Shown: positions 10,121 through 19,145, counted from the first letter of the stretch. The stretch: 64,000 nucleotides of DNA from an uncultured Candidatus Rokubacteria bacterium (GCA_963762145.1 CAVXJS010000011.1:899621-963620); one strand, 5' to 3'. Translations and numbers: made by a program. Notes: generated by a model from the letters alone, not told the origin.

Positions 10121-11436
10121 TGTCCAAGCTCCACCTGATCACGTACGGCTGCCAGATGAACGAGTACGATTCCGAGCGGGTGGCCGGTCTGCTCAAGCAG
10201 GAGCGGTACGAGCTCACGGACCGCCCGGAGGACGCCGACCTGATCCTGCTCAATACCTGTTCGATCCGGGAGAAGGCGGAAGACAAGGTCTTCTCGCAGC
10301 TCGGGGCTCTCCGGCATCTCAAGCGCGCCCGGCCGGACCTGGTGATCGGGGTCATGGGCTGCATGGCGCAGCTCCAGAAGGGTCGGATCCAGGAGCGCGC
10401 GCCCTACGTGGACCTGGTCTTCGGCTCGCCCGCGATCGCCCGCGTCGCCGAGCTGGTCGACCGCGCGAAGCAGGGGCGGGGACCGGTGCTCGAGACCGGC
10501 GAGGGCGCGCTGGTCAAGATCACCGCGCGGCCCGAGGGCGGCCGGCGGCTCAAGGCCTTCGTCACGGTGATGGAGGGCTGCGAGAAGTACTGCACGTTCT
10601 GCGTCGTGCCAACGACTCGAGGCCGCGAGCGCAGCCATCCGCCCGAGACCATCGTGGAGGAGATCCGCGGGCTCGCGGAGGCGGGCTGCCGCGAGGTCAC
10701 GCTGCTCGGCCAGACCGTGAACGCCTACGGGCGGGATCTGACTCCCGCCACCGATCTGGCCGAGCTCTTCGAGCGCGTCAACGAGATCGCCGGTATCGAG
10801 CGCATCCGCTTCACCACGTCGAACCCGTACAACCTCACACCCCGGCTGATTCGCGCCATCCGCGACGTCCCCAAGGTCTGCGAGTACCTGCACCTGCCGC
10901 TGCAGTCGGGCTCGGACCGCGTGCTCGAGCGGATGAACCGCGGCTACACCCGCGCCCGCTACCTCGAGCTGATCGCGGAGCTCAAGGAGACGGTGCCGGA
11001 CCTCGCGCTCTCCACCGATCTCATCGTGGGCTTCCCCGGCGAGACCGAGGAAGACTTCGCGCGCACGAGTCGAGATGGTCGAGGCGGTCGGCTACGACAA
11101 CGTCTTCGCGTTCCGGTACTCGCGCCGGCCGGGCACGCCCGCGGCGGAGATGGACGATCAGGTGCCGGAAGAGGTGAAGGCGGACCGCAACCGGCGCATC
11201 CTCGAGATCGCGACCCGGGTGGGCGCCGCGCGGAGCCAGCGTCCTCGAAGGGCCAGACCCTGCCGGTCCTGGTGGACGGCGTCTCGCGCAAGAACGCGGG
11301 CGAGGCGACCGGGCGTACCCGCTGCAATCGAGTGGTGAACTTCGATCCCGGAGGTCGCGACCTGCTGGGCCGCGTGGTGCCGGTGCGTGTCGTCCGCGCG
11401 CTGCCGCACAGTCTCCGCGGGGAGCCAGAGGTCTAG
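10120..11436 (+). CDS. miaB: tRNA-2-methylthio-N6-dimethylallyladenosine synthase (frameshifts near 11070 and 11240)
   Basis: TYGCQMNEYDS, NTCSIREKAE, CEKYCTFC radical-SAM motif, HLPLQSGSD, IVGFPGET and a TRAM domain. Confidence 0.95.
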   Translation: MSKLHLITYGCQMNEYDSERVAGLLKQERYELTDRPEDADLILLNTCSIREKAEDKVFSQLGALRHLKRARPDLVIGVMGCMAQLQKGRIQERAPYVDLVFGSPAIARVAELVDRAKQGRGPVLETGEGALVKITARPEGGRRLKAFVTVMEGCEKYCTFCVVPTTRGRERSHPPETIVEEIRGLAEAGCREVTLLGQTVNAYGRDLTPATDLAELFERVNEIAGIERIRFTTSNPYNLTPRLIRAIRDVPKVCEYLHLPLQSGSDRVLERMNRGYTRARYLELIAELKETVPDLALSTDLIVGFPGETEEDFARTSRDGRGGRLRQRLRVPVLAPAGHARGGDGRSGAGRGEGGPQPAHPRDRDPGGRRAEPASSKGQTLPVLVDGVSRKNAGEATGRTRCNRVVNFDPGGRDLLGRVVPVRVVRALPHSLRGEPEV

Positions 11437-11446
11437 GAGGCGCGCC

Positions 11447-11980
11447 ATGTGGCTGGAGATGAAAGTGAAGGGACTTGCGCTCGATCCGCTCTCCAACATG
11501 CCCATGATCATCCTCCGGGACGAGGAGGAGAAGCGCTCCCTCCCCATCTGGGTGGGCCTCTTCGAGGCCAACGCCATCGCGCTCGAGCTGGAGAAGATCT
11601 CCACGCCGCGGCCCATGACGCACGACCTGATCAAGAACATCCTGGAGTCGCTCGACGCCCGGGTGCAGAAGATCGTGGTCAACGATCTCCGCGACAACAC
11701 CTTCTTCGCGGTCATCCACCTCCGCCTGGGCAGCGCCGACATCACGGTGGACTCGCGCCCGTCGGACGCGATCGCGCTCGCGCTGCGGGTGGGCGCGCCG
11801 ATCTTCGTGGAAGAGGACGTCGTCCAGAAGGCCCGCAGCGTCGAGGTCGCCAAGGAGACCGAGATCGGCACCGGCAAGGGCGACGACCAGGCCAAGATCA
11901 AGGAGTGGCTCGAGTCGCTCAAGCCGGGCGACTTCGATCGGATCGAGCGCGGCAAGGACCCGAAGAGCCCGGACGAGTAG
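11447..11980 (+). CDS. Bifunctional nuclease (DUF151/BFN) family protein
   Basis: LPIWVGLFEANAI, PRPMTHDL, DSRPSDAIALAL; SD AGGAGG; commonly follows miaB. Confidence 0.88.
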   Translation: MWLEMKVKGLALDPLSNMPMIILRDEEEKRSLPIWVGLFEANAIALELEKISTPRPMTHDLIKNILESLDARVQKIVVNDLRDNTFFAVIHLRLGSADITVDSRPSDAIALALRVGAPIFVEEDVVQKARSVEVAKETEIGTGKGDDQAKIKEWLESLKPGDFDRIERGKDPKSPDE

Positions 11981-11983
11981 TGG

Positions 11984-13133
11984 ATGCGGGTCGGGCTGTT
12001 CACCAACAACTACCTGCCGTTCCGCGGCGGGGTCGCGACGGCGGTCGAGACCCTGCGGCAGGGGCTTGAGGCGCTCGGCCACCGGACCTGGATCTTCGCG
12101 CCCGCGGCCCAGCCGCCGGAGCGCCGATCCGCCCCACGTCTTCCGCTACCCGTCGATCCCCGCGCCGACCTATCCGGGCTTCTCGCTGCCGCTGCCCGTG
12201 TCGCGGCGGCTCGGCCGGGCCGCCCGCGCGCTCGACCTCGACGTCATCCACGTCCACCATCCGTTCCTGCTCGGCCTGACCGGCCGGCGCCTGGCGCGCC
12301 GCCAGCGGCGCCCGCTCGTGTTCACGTATCACACGCGCTACGAGAAGTACGCCCACTACGTGCCGCTGCCGCCGCGACTCGTCCGGAGCCTCGCGGTGCG
12401 GCTGGCCTGCCGCTTCGCCGACTCCGCGGACCTGGTCGTGGCGCCCTCCGAGCACGTGGCCGACACGCTGCGGCGCCGGGGCGTGCGCGCGCCGGTCGCG
12501 GTGATTCCCACCGGGGTGGACCTCGAGCTCTTCAGTCCAGGCAGCCGGGAGCGCGCCCGCCATCGCCTGGGGCTGCCCGCCGACGGGTTGATCTGCCTCT
12601 ACACCGGCCGGCTCGATCGCGAGAAGAGCCTCGAGCGCGTGCTCGACGCCTTCGAGTCGGTAGCCGCCGCGGTGTCCAGCGCCACGCTGCACCTGGTGGG
12701 CAAGGGCAGCCACGGCCTGGCGCTCGAGCGGCGCGCGGCGACAGGCCGGGCGGGGCGGCGCATCGTCTTCCACGGCGGTCTCGTGCGCGAGGCGTTGCCC
12801 GACTACTACCGCGCCGCCGATCTGTTCCTCTTCGCGTCCGAGACGGAGACGCAGGGGCTCGTGCTGGCCGAGGCCCACGCCTGCGGGCTGCCTGCGGTCG
12901 CGGTGCGGGCCTCGGGCGTCGAGGAGGTGGTGGCCGACGGGGAGACGGGGATCCTCACCAAGGCCGAGACCGGGGAGATGGCCGACGCGGCCATCGGCCT
13001 CCTGCTGGACGCCGGTCGCCGCGCGAGCATGGGCCAGGCGGGGCGCCGGCTGGTGGAGGCGCGCTTCGCGGCTCCCCGGCAGACCGCGGCCATGGTCGCG
13101 CACTACGAAGCGTTGCTGGCCCGTCGGCCCTGA
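11984..13133 (+). CDS. Glycosyltransferase family 4 (one frameshift near 12120)
   Basis: MRVGLFTNNYLP..GGV, HVHHPF, YHTRYE, GRLDREK, SETETQGLVLAEA. Confidence 0.88.
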
Positions 13134-13402
13134 TGGCGCTTCCGGCGGCCGGCCGCAACCTGAGGGTGGGATTCCAGGTCGAGTGGGATCCGCATACCGC
13201 CGGGCCCGGCCACCACGGGCTGCTCTCGTGGGATCCCCGCGTGCGCACGCTGCTGCGCGTGCTCGTGTCCTATCCGGAGGTCCGGTACATCCTGCCGGAC
13301 CGGATCAGTCTGGAATCCTCCGCCGATCCGCGTACGCTCGAGACCATGGCCCGCTTCCTCGAGCGGCAGGTCTGGCTGGTGCGCCGCGTCGCGGTGAGCT
13401 GA
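13133..13402 (+). CDS. Hypothetical protein, 89 aa
   Basis: TGATG coupling at both ends; genome-typical codon usage. Confidence 0.7.
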   Translation: MALPAAGRNLRVGFQVEWDPHTAGPGHHGLLSWDPRVRTLLRVLVSYPEVRYILPDRISLESSADPRTLETMARFLERQVWLVRRVAVS

Positions 13403-14712
13403 TGATCTGGGACCGCAAAGCCGAGACCGCGTCCCGGAGCGCGATGCGCGCGCTGCAGGGCGAGCGGCTGCGGGCGACGGTTGCCCGGGCCCGCGCGCGC
13501 GTGCCCTTCTATCGCGACGCGCTTGCCGCGGCCGGCGTGAAGGACGAGGCGGTGACGCTGGAGCGCCTGGCCGAGCTGCCCTTCACGGTGAAGGACGACC
13601 TGCGCCAGCACTACCCGTTCGGGCTCTTCGCGGTGCCGCGCGAGGAGGTCATCCGCATCCACGCCTCCTCCGGCACCCGGGGCAAGCCCACCGTGGTGGG
13701 TTACACCAGAAACGATCTCCGGATCTGGCGAGAGGTCATGGCCCGGGCGCTCGCGGCCGCGGGCGCCGAGCCCGGCCAGCTCATCCAGATCGCCTACGGC
13801 TATGGCCTCTTCACCGGCGGGCTGGGCTTCCACGACGGCGCCGAGCACATGGGGCTCACCGTGGTGCCCGTCTCCTCGGGCAACACGCTCCGCCAGATGC
13901 TCCTGCTCCAGGATCTCCGTCCCCACGGCCTCGCCTGCACGCCGTCCTTCGCCCTCTACATCGGCGAGAGCCTGCGGGAGCAGGGGAGCGACCCGCGCGC
14001 GATCGGGCTCTCGTACGGCCTCTTCGGCGCCGAGCCGTGGACCGAGGCGATGCGGGCGCAGCTCGAGGCGCTCTGGGGCTGCCCGGCGGTGGATTTCTAC
14101 GGCTTGAGCGAGATCATCGGCCCCGGGGTGGCGGGCGAGTGCGTGGAGGCCCGCGACGGCCTGCACGTGAACGAGGACCATTTCCTGCCCGAGATCGTCG
14201 ACCCCCGGACCGGGGCGCCGCTGCCCGCCGGGCAGGAGGGCGAGCTGGTGCTGACCGGGCTCACCAAGGAGGCGCTGCCGATGCTCCGCTACCGCACCGG
14301 CGACGTCACGCGGCTCGATCCGTCGCCCTGCCGGTGCGGGCGGACCACCGTGCGGATGGCGCGCGTCAAGGGGCGCACCGACGATATGCTGATCATCAAG
14401 GGGGTCAACGTGTATCCTTCCCAGCTCGAGGCGGCGCTGCTGACGGTGGCGGACCTGGCTCCGCACTACCAGCTCGTGGTGGACCGGCGGGAGGCGTTCC
14501 CGACGCTCGCGGTGCAGGTGGAGCCGGACGAGAGCCTGGTGCGCGAGTGGGGTGGCTTCGGGGCCGCGCCCGCCCGGCTGGCCGCGCTGTCCGCCCAGGT
14601 GGCCGAGTGCCTGCGCGGCCACCTCGGGCTCAACCCGGAGATCGCGATCGTGGCACCGAAGACCATCCCGCGCAGCGAGGGCAAGGCGGTGCGGGTCGTG
14701 GAAAGGAGATAG
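13402..14712 (+). CDS. paaK: Phenylacetate--CoA ligase family protein
   Basis: RIHASSGTRGKP, YGYGLFTGGLG, FGAEPW, YGLSEIIGPG, RYRTGD, GRTDDMLIIKGVNVYP. Confidence 0.9.
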   Translation: MIWDRKAETASRSAMRALQGERLRATVARARARVPFYRDALAAAGVKDEAVTLERLAELPFTVKDDLRQHYPFGLFAVPREEVIRIHASSGTRGKPTVVGYTRNDLRIWREVMARALAAAGAEPGQLIQIAYGYGLFTGGLGFHDGAEHMGLTVVPVSSGNTLRQMLLLQDLRPHGLACTPSFALYIGESLREQGSDPRAIGLSYGLFGAEPWTEAMRAQLEALWGCPAVDFYGLSEIIGPGVAGECVEARDGLHVNEDHFLPEIVDPRTGAPLPAGQEGELVLTGLTKEALPMLRYRTGDVTRLDPSPCRCGRTTVRMARVKGRTDDMLIIKGVNVYPSQLEAALLTVADLAPHYQLVVDRREAFPTLAVQVEPDESLVREWGGFGAAPARLAALSAQVAECLRGHLGLNPEIAIVAPKTIPRSEGKAVRVVERR

Positions 14713-14714
14713 TC

Positions 14715-15539
14715 ATGGCGGAGCGCGACGAAGCCCGGCTGCTGGCCCGCATCGAGGCGGGGGAGCGCATCGAGTCCCCCGACGAGATGACCGAGGCGTA
14801 CCGCGAGAATCTGATCCATCTGATGACCATGCAGGCCGACTCGGAGCTGGCGGGCGGCTACGGCTACGTGCCGTGGATCACCCGGGCGCCCGGAGTGGAG
14901 GAGAAGCACGTGGTCGCCCAGATCGTGAAGGACGAGCTCCGCCACGCCACCGTGATGTACGGCCTCCTCGCCGACCTGGGCGTGGACGTGGACGCGCACG
15001 TGCAGGCGCACGACGAGGCCTTCACGATGCGGGTGGCCAACGACGCCGACATCGGCACCGCGCGCATCACCGCCGACAAGCGGGTCAACATCTTCTACTA
15101 TCCGATCGACACCTGGGCCGACTTCACCTTCTTCAACTTCTGCATGGATCGCGGAGCGGGGCACCAGCTCGAGGACGTGCGCACGTGCTCCTACGGGCCC
15201 TGGGTGCGCGCGATCGAGGGGATCTTCAAGGAGGAGAAGTTCCACATCCGCCACGGCGAGTTCTGGGTGAAGCGCCTCGCCGAGGACCCGAAGACCCGCG
15301 ACGAGGCCCAGGCCACGCTCAACAAGTGGTTCATCCGCACCATGAACATCTTCGGGCGACCCGGCTCCCCCAAGAACGTGGTCTACCGGAAGTATCGCCT
15401 CAAGCTGCGCGACAACGACGAGGTGCGCCAGACCTTCGCCCGCGAGGTCGCGGAGAAGGCGGGGGCGGTCGGGCTCACGCTGCCCGAGTGGAACCCGGTC
15501 TGGGACCGCCTGCCCGAAGAGGCGCAGATCCCCGGGTGA
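14715..15539 (+). CDS. PaaA-like di-iron (ferritin-like) ring-1,2-phenylacetyl-CoA epoxidase subunit homologue
   Basis: DSE, WITRAP, KDELRH, SYGPW and KEEKFH give the E/ExxH/D/ExxH di-iron ligand pattern of PaaA. Confidence 0.8.
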   Translation: MAERDEARLLARIEAGERIESPDEMTEAYRENLIHLMTMQADSELAGGYGYVPWITRAPGVEEKHVVAQIVKDELRHATVMYGLLADLGVDVDAHVQAHDEAFTMRVANDADIGTARITADKRVNIFYYPIDTWADFTFFNFCMDRGAGHQLEDVRTCSYGPWVRAIEGIFKEEKFHIRHGEFWVKRLAEDPKTRDEAQATLNKWFIRTMNIFGRPGSPKNVVYRKYRLKLRDNDEVRQTFAREVAEKAGAVGLTLPEWNPVWDRLPEEAQIPG

Positions 15540-16204
15540 TCACCCGGCGCCGGCTCATCGTCGTCGCGCCGGTGGCGCTGGTGGCGCTGGCCCTCGTCGT
15601 CCCCCTCGGCGCGCAGAGCTCCCGCAACGTCAAGGTGGTGCTGGAGTTCAAGCAGCAGACACAGGCCAGCCGCCAGGGCGTGCAGGGGCAGGGGGGCATC
15701 GTGGTGGAGGAGCGTCGCGGCGACCCGCGGGTGCGCGGGCGCGGCGGGCTCGCGGTGGAGGACACCACCACGCGCGTCACCCGCTCCTCCGGGCTCTTCA
15801 CGGTGGTGCAGGACGGCGGCGCCGGCTCGATCATGGTCACGCAGGAGGTTCCGTACCTGCAGGTCGCCTACTACCACGACTATGCGACCGGCAAGGGCCT
15901 CGTCGCCCAGGGCGTCGCGTGGCAGCGGGTGGGCACCGCGCTCGCGGTGCGCCCGGTGATCCTCCCCGACAAGAAGATCCGGGTGACGCTCACGCCGGTG
16001 ATCAGCTACTTCACCCCCGGGGGCGGCGGGACGATCGAGGTCGTGGAGGCGGCGACCGATCTGATCGTGGCGAACGGCGGGCGGATGCAGTTCGCCGGCA
16101 ACACGGGTAGCCTCCACGCGATCACGCGGCAGATCCTGGGCTACAGCTCGCAGCAGTCCTCGGAGGAGACGGGGCTGGCGCTCACCGCGACCATCCTCCC
16201 GTGA
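15536..16204 (+). CDS. Exported protein resembling a stand-alone secretin beta domain
   Basis: Signal peptide; VQDGGAGSIMVTQEVP...VGTALAVRPVI...IRVTLTPVIS...TDLIVANG..FAG resembles the secretin C-domain pattern. Confidence 0.55.
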   Translation: MITRRRLIVVAPVALVALALVVPLGAQSSRNVKVVLEFKQQTQASRQGVQGQGGIVVEERRGDPRVRGRGGLAVEDTTTRVTRSSGLFTVVQDGGAGSIMVTQEVPYLQVAYYHDYATGKGLVAQGVAWQRVGTALAVRPVILPDKKIRVTLTPVISYFTPGGGGTIEVVEAATDLIVANGGRMQFAGNTGSLHAITRQILGYSSQQSSEETGLALTATILP

Positions 16205-17142
16205 CCCGCTACACCGGCAACGGAGCCTACTGCTACGCTAACAGCGTCCACATGGCCCTGCGTGGGTCGGGTGCCACTGCCGCGGAGCTGCCCGAGCCCG
16301 GCTTCATCGAGTGCCTGACCACGATGCCCTTCGGCACGCTCTACCTGCGAGTGGGGCGCGACCTGCTCGTGTACTTCAGCTCGCCGCTCGCCACGCCGGA
16401 CCAGGGGATCACCACCGCGCTGGAGGCGCTCGGGTGGGAGTGCCGCGAGGAGCGCGAGGGAGCCCCGGAGGCCGCGCTGGGCCGCCTCGCCGAGGCGGCC
16501 GGGCGCGGGCCGGTGCTCGCGGGGCCGCTCGACATGGGCGGCCTCGGCTACATGCCGCATCACGCGCAGCTCTCCGGCAGTGATCACTACGTGATCGTGC
16601 TGGCTGTCGAGCACGATCGGGTGCGGATACACGATCCCGAGGGCTATCCCTACGCGGCGCTGCCCACCGCCGAGTTTCTCCGGGCCTGGAAGGCCGACCG
16701 CGTACGCTACGCGCAGGTGCCGTACACGATGCGCACCGGCTTCCGCCAGGTGCGTCATCCCGCGCGGGAGGAGATGATCGCGCGCACCCTGGCGGTGGTC
16801 CGGACCAACCTGGCCGCCGACCCGGGCGGACCGGATCAGTACGGCGGGCCGAGGGCCTTCCGCCTGCTGGCCTCGGACCTGCGGGGCGCGGTGGCCAAGC
16901 GGCTGGCCGGGCACCTGACCTACTTCGCGTTCCCGCTCGCGGCCCGGCGCAGCCACGATGCCGCCGCGTTCCTGCGCGAAGGCGGACGGGCCGCGGCCGC
17001 CGGCCTCTTCGAGCGCAAGGCGCACTGCTTCGGCGAGGCCCAGTATGCGGCCGTGCAGGAGCGCTGGGAGGACACCGCCGGCCTTCTCGAGTCCATCGCG
17101 GAGCTCGAGGAGGGCCTGATCCACGCCCTCAGCCCGGCTTGA
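16201..17142 (+). CDS. Hypothetical protein with papain/C39 (BtrH-N)-like Cys-His-Asp pattern
   Basis: YCYANS near the N-terminus, DHYVIV, IHDP.GYP. Confidence 0.55.
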   Translation: MTRYTGNGAYCYANSVHMALRGSGATAAELPEPGFIECLTTMPFGTLYLRVGRDLLVYFSSPLATPDQGITTALEALGWECREEREGAPEAALGRLAEAAGRGPVLAGPLDMGGLGYMPHHAQLSGSDHYVIVLAVEHDRVRIHDPEGYPYAALPTAEFLRAWKADRVRYAQVPYTMRTGFRQVRHPAREEMIARTLAVVRTNLAADPGGPDQYGGPRAFRLLASDLRGAVAKRLAGHLTYFAFPLAARRSHDAAAFLREGGRAAAAGLFERKAHCFGEAQYAAVQERWEDTAGLLESIAELEEGLIHALSPA

Positions 17143-17476
17143 AGTAGCGCTCGAGCGGCACGTCGTCGACCCGGAGCAGGAGCGCTTTCCCAACGATCTC
17201 CCGCCGGAGCGGCGCCAGGGCCGCCATCTCCGGGTCGCGCCGGACGGCCTCCAGGCCGCCCGCGGTCTCGAACCGCAGCAGATGGATCTCGTCCGGCTCG
17301 TCCGGCTCGGCCGAATTTGCCGATTGGTCCGCCGCGCGCCACGGGCTCAGGATTCGCTCGAAGCGGCCGCGGTGGCGGCGGAAGACGGGCAGGGCCAGGT
17401 TCTCGTATCGGCGCGGGGCATCCTGCTGACCGGGGTGGAGGTAGATGAGCGCCAGATAGAGGACGCCGCCGATCAT
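17129..17476 (-). CDS. DUF1330-like small protein
   Basis: YE..ALPVFRRHRGRFE, DEIHLLRF, RRDPE pattern. Confidence 0.6.
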   Translation of the reverse strand: MIGGVLYLALIYLHPGQQDAPRRYENLALPVFRRHRGRFERILSPWRAADQSANSAEPDEPDEIHLLRFETAGGLEAVRRDPEMAALAPLRREIVGKALLLRVDDVPLERYFKPG

Positions 17477-17490
17477 GCCGGCCGAACATT

Positions 17491-17518
17491 ACTTAACATA
17501 ATGTTGCTTATCAGACTA
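17491..17518 (-). other. dif: dif site (XerC/XerD chromosome dimer resolution site)
   Basis: Minus strand reads TAGTCTGATAA-GCAACA-TTATGTTAAGT, an 11-6-11 layout; the XerD arm matches E. coli TTATGTTAAAT at 10/11; AT-rich intergenic patch where gene orientation changes. Confidence 0.9.
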
Positions 17519-17561
17519 AAGTGGAAGCGGCCAGTCGCCTCGAGGTCCCGGATCGCGGGTG

Positions 17562-18209
17562 CTATTTCGCGGCCGGAGCGAGCGCGGCGATCCGACCCCG
17601 GATCTCTTCGCCGCGCCGGGTCTCGGGCGCGTCCTTGAGCAGGCGCTCGTACGTCGCGCGGGCCTCGGCGGGCTTTCCGGCCAGCGCCTGGGCGCGCGCG
17701 AGATCGAGCAGCGTCTCCTCGAAGAAGAACTGCTTGGGGCCGAGCCCGCGCGCGGCCGCGTCGTAGGCGGCCAACGCGCTGGCGTAGTTCTTCTGGGCCT
17801 CCCAGGTATAGCCGACGCCCGAGGCGCTCAGCGTCCGCAGGCTGCCGCCGGCGCCCTTGGCGAGAGCGATCTCGTAAGCGGCCCGGGCCGCCGCATAGTC
17901 GCCGGCCTGATACTGGAGATTGCCGAGCTGGTAGGCGGCCTGGGCGGCCGCGGCCGACCGGCCGTGCTGGGCCAGGACGGCCTGGAGCATGTCGATGGCC
18001 TTCCGGCGTCCCTCCGGGGTCGCCAGGGGCCCGTCGCCTTGCTGGACCGCTTCGGCGGCGCCGGCCAGCGCCGCCTGGCCGCGCGTCTCCTCGGCGCGCA
18101 TCCAGAGCCAGCCCGCGGTCCCCACGAGGCCCAGCGCCACCAGCACGCCGGCGATCTTGAGGCCGAGCCGTGCCGCGCGGGACTGGAGAAACTCGGCCAG
18201 CTCGCTCAC
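17562..18209 (-). CDS. Membrane-anchored TPR protein (YfgM-like)
   Basis: Single N-terminal TM helix followed by TPR-like repeats (AYQLGNLQYQAGDYAAA). Confidence 0.7.
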   Translation of the reverse strand: MSELAEFLQSRAARLGLKIAGVLVALGLVGTAGWLWMRAEETRGQAALAGAAEAVQQGDGPLATPEGRRKAIDMLQAVLAQHGRSAAAAQAAYQLGNLQYQAGDYAAARAAYEIALAKGAGGSLRTLSASGVGYTWEAQKNYASALAAYDAAARGLGPKQFFFEETLLDLARAQALAGKPAEARATYERLLKDAPETRRGEEIRGRIAALAPAAK

Positions 18210-18652
18210 CGGCGGCGCTCGTCGGCGGGGCCGGTGGCGTCCGGCCGCTCGATCCAGATCTCGCCCTTGACCGCGGCGCCGTCGGCGGCCGAGAAGCTGC
18301 CGGTCTTGAGCGTGCCGGTCAACACGCCGGTCGGCAGGATCTCCACGCGGGTCGCGGCCGAGAGATTGCCGCGCACGGTGCCGCCCACCACGATGGCGCG
18401 CGCGTTGATGTTGGCATCCACGTCGGCCCCTTCGCCCACCAGCACCCGTCCGGTGACGTTGATGTCGCCCTCGAAGCGACCCGCGATGTGGAAGTCGCCC
18501 TCGCCCGCCACCTCGCCCTTGAAGATCAGCCCGCCGCCGAGCCCGGCCGGCTCGCTCCGGGCCTCGCGGTGGGCGGCCAGGTCCGCGGCCAGCGAGTCCG
18601 AGTCGCCGCCGCCCAGGCCCAGATATCGGAGAGTGCGGGCCAGCGCGCCCAC
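18206..18652 (-). CDS. Bactofilin (polymer-forming cytoskeletal protein)
   Basis: FKGEV.GEGDFHIAGRFEGDI, VGEGADVDANI, GTVRGNL and GAAVKG beta-helix repeats. Confidence 0.85.
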   Translation of the reverse strand: MGALARTLRYLGLGGGDSDSLAADLAAHREARSEPAGLGGGLIFKGEVAGEGDFHIAGRFEGDINVTGRVLVGEGADVDANINARAIVVGGTVRGNLSAATRVEILPTGVLTGTLKTGSFSAADGAAVKGEIWIERPDATGPADERRR

Positions 18653-18662
18653 GCGCCCGTCT

Positions 18663-18911
18663 CTACGCGCTCGGAGTAGGCCGCCGGGCGCCCGCCCGGG
18701 CGGCTTCCTCACGGCGCAGCCCGAGTCCGGAGCCCACGAGCAGGAGGCACGAGCCGATGAGCAGGAGCGACGCCAGGCGGCCCGGAGGGACCACCGGCTG
18801 CTCGGTGAGCCCGATGGTGAGCTCGACCGGCAGGCTGACCAGCGCCAGCACCGCGATGAGGCCGGTGATCGCGCTCGGTCGCCACTTCAGCACCCGCGGG
18901 ACCCGCCGCAT
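18663..18911 (-). CDS. Small two-TM hypothetical membrane protein
   Basis: Two hydrophobic segments; TACACT -10 box 7 nt before the ATG. Confidence 0.6.
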   Translation of the reverse strand: MRRVPRVLKWRPSAITGLIAVLALVSLPVELTIGLTEQPVVPPGRLASLLLIGSCLLLVGSGLGLRREEAARAGARRPTPSA

Positions 18912-19004
18912 GGCGCGTAGTGTAGCCACCGGGATACTGGATAGCAACCAGAACGGGCCCTACCGCTTGACGGCGGCCGGGCGCGGGACTACTCTCCTCG
19001 TTCT

Positions 19005-19145
19005 ATGCGTGAGGGTGGGCGCGCCCGGCTCCTGCACGTGGCCATCTGGCTGGCCACGCTGTTCTTCACCGCGATGCTCTTCGTCCCGCTGCTGCGCGAG
19101 GCCCTGCGTCGCATGATCGACATGCCGTCCGGCAGTCACTTCTGA
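19005..19145 (+). CDS. 46-aa single-TM peptide, not in the ORF track
   Basis: MREGGRARLLHVAIWLATLFFTAMLFVPLLREALRRMIDMPSGSHF; promoter TTGACG-17-TACTCT (18967-18995); TGATG-coupled to the next gene. Confidence 0.6.
   Translation: MREGGRARLLHVAIWLATLFFTAMLFVPLLREALRRMIDMPSGSHF

Noticed and set aside
3312-12130. Frameshifts in guaA, dnaE, accA, miaB and GT4 as programmed frameshifting or pseudogenisation
   Set aside because: They are scattered single-base indels in GC runs across essential genes with otherwise intact motifs and no consistent slippery sites. Long-read consensus error is the simplest explanation.
17485-17518. Integron attC or a transcription-factor palindrome as the sole explanation of the AT-rich patch
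   Set aside because: No RYYYAAC...GTTRRRY cassette structure or integrase; the 11-6-11 dif pattern fits much better.
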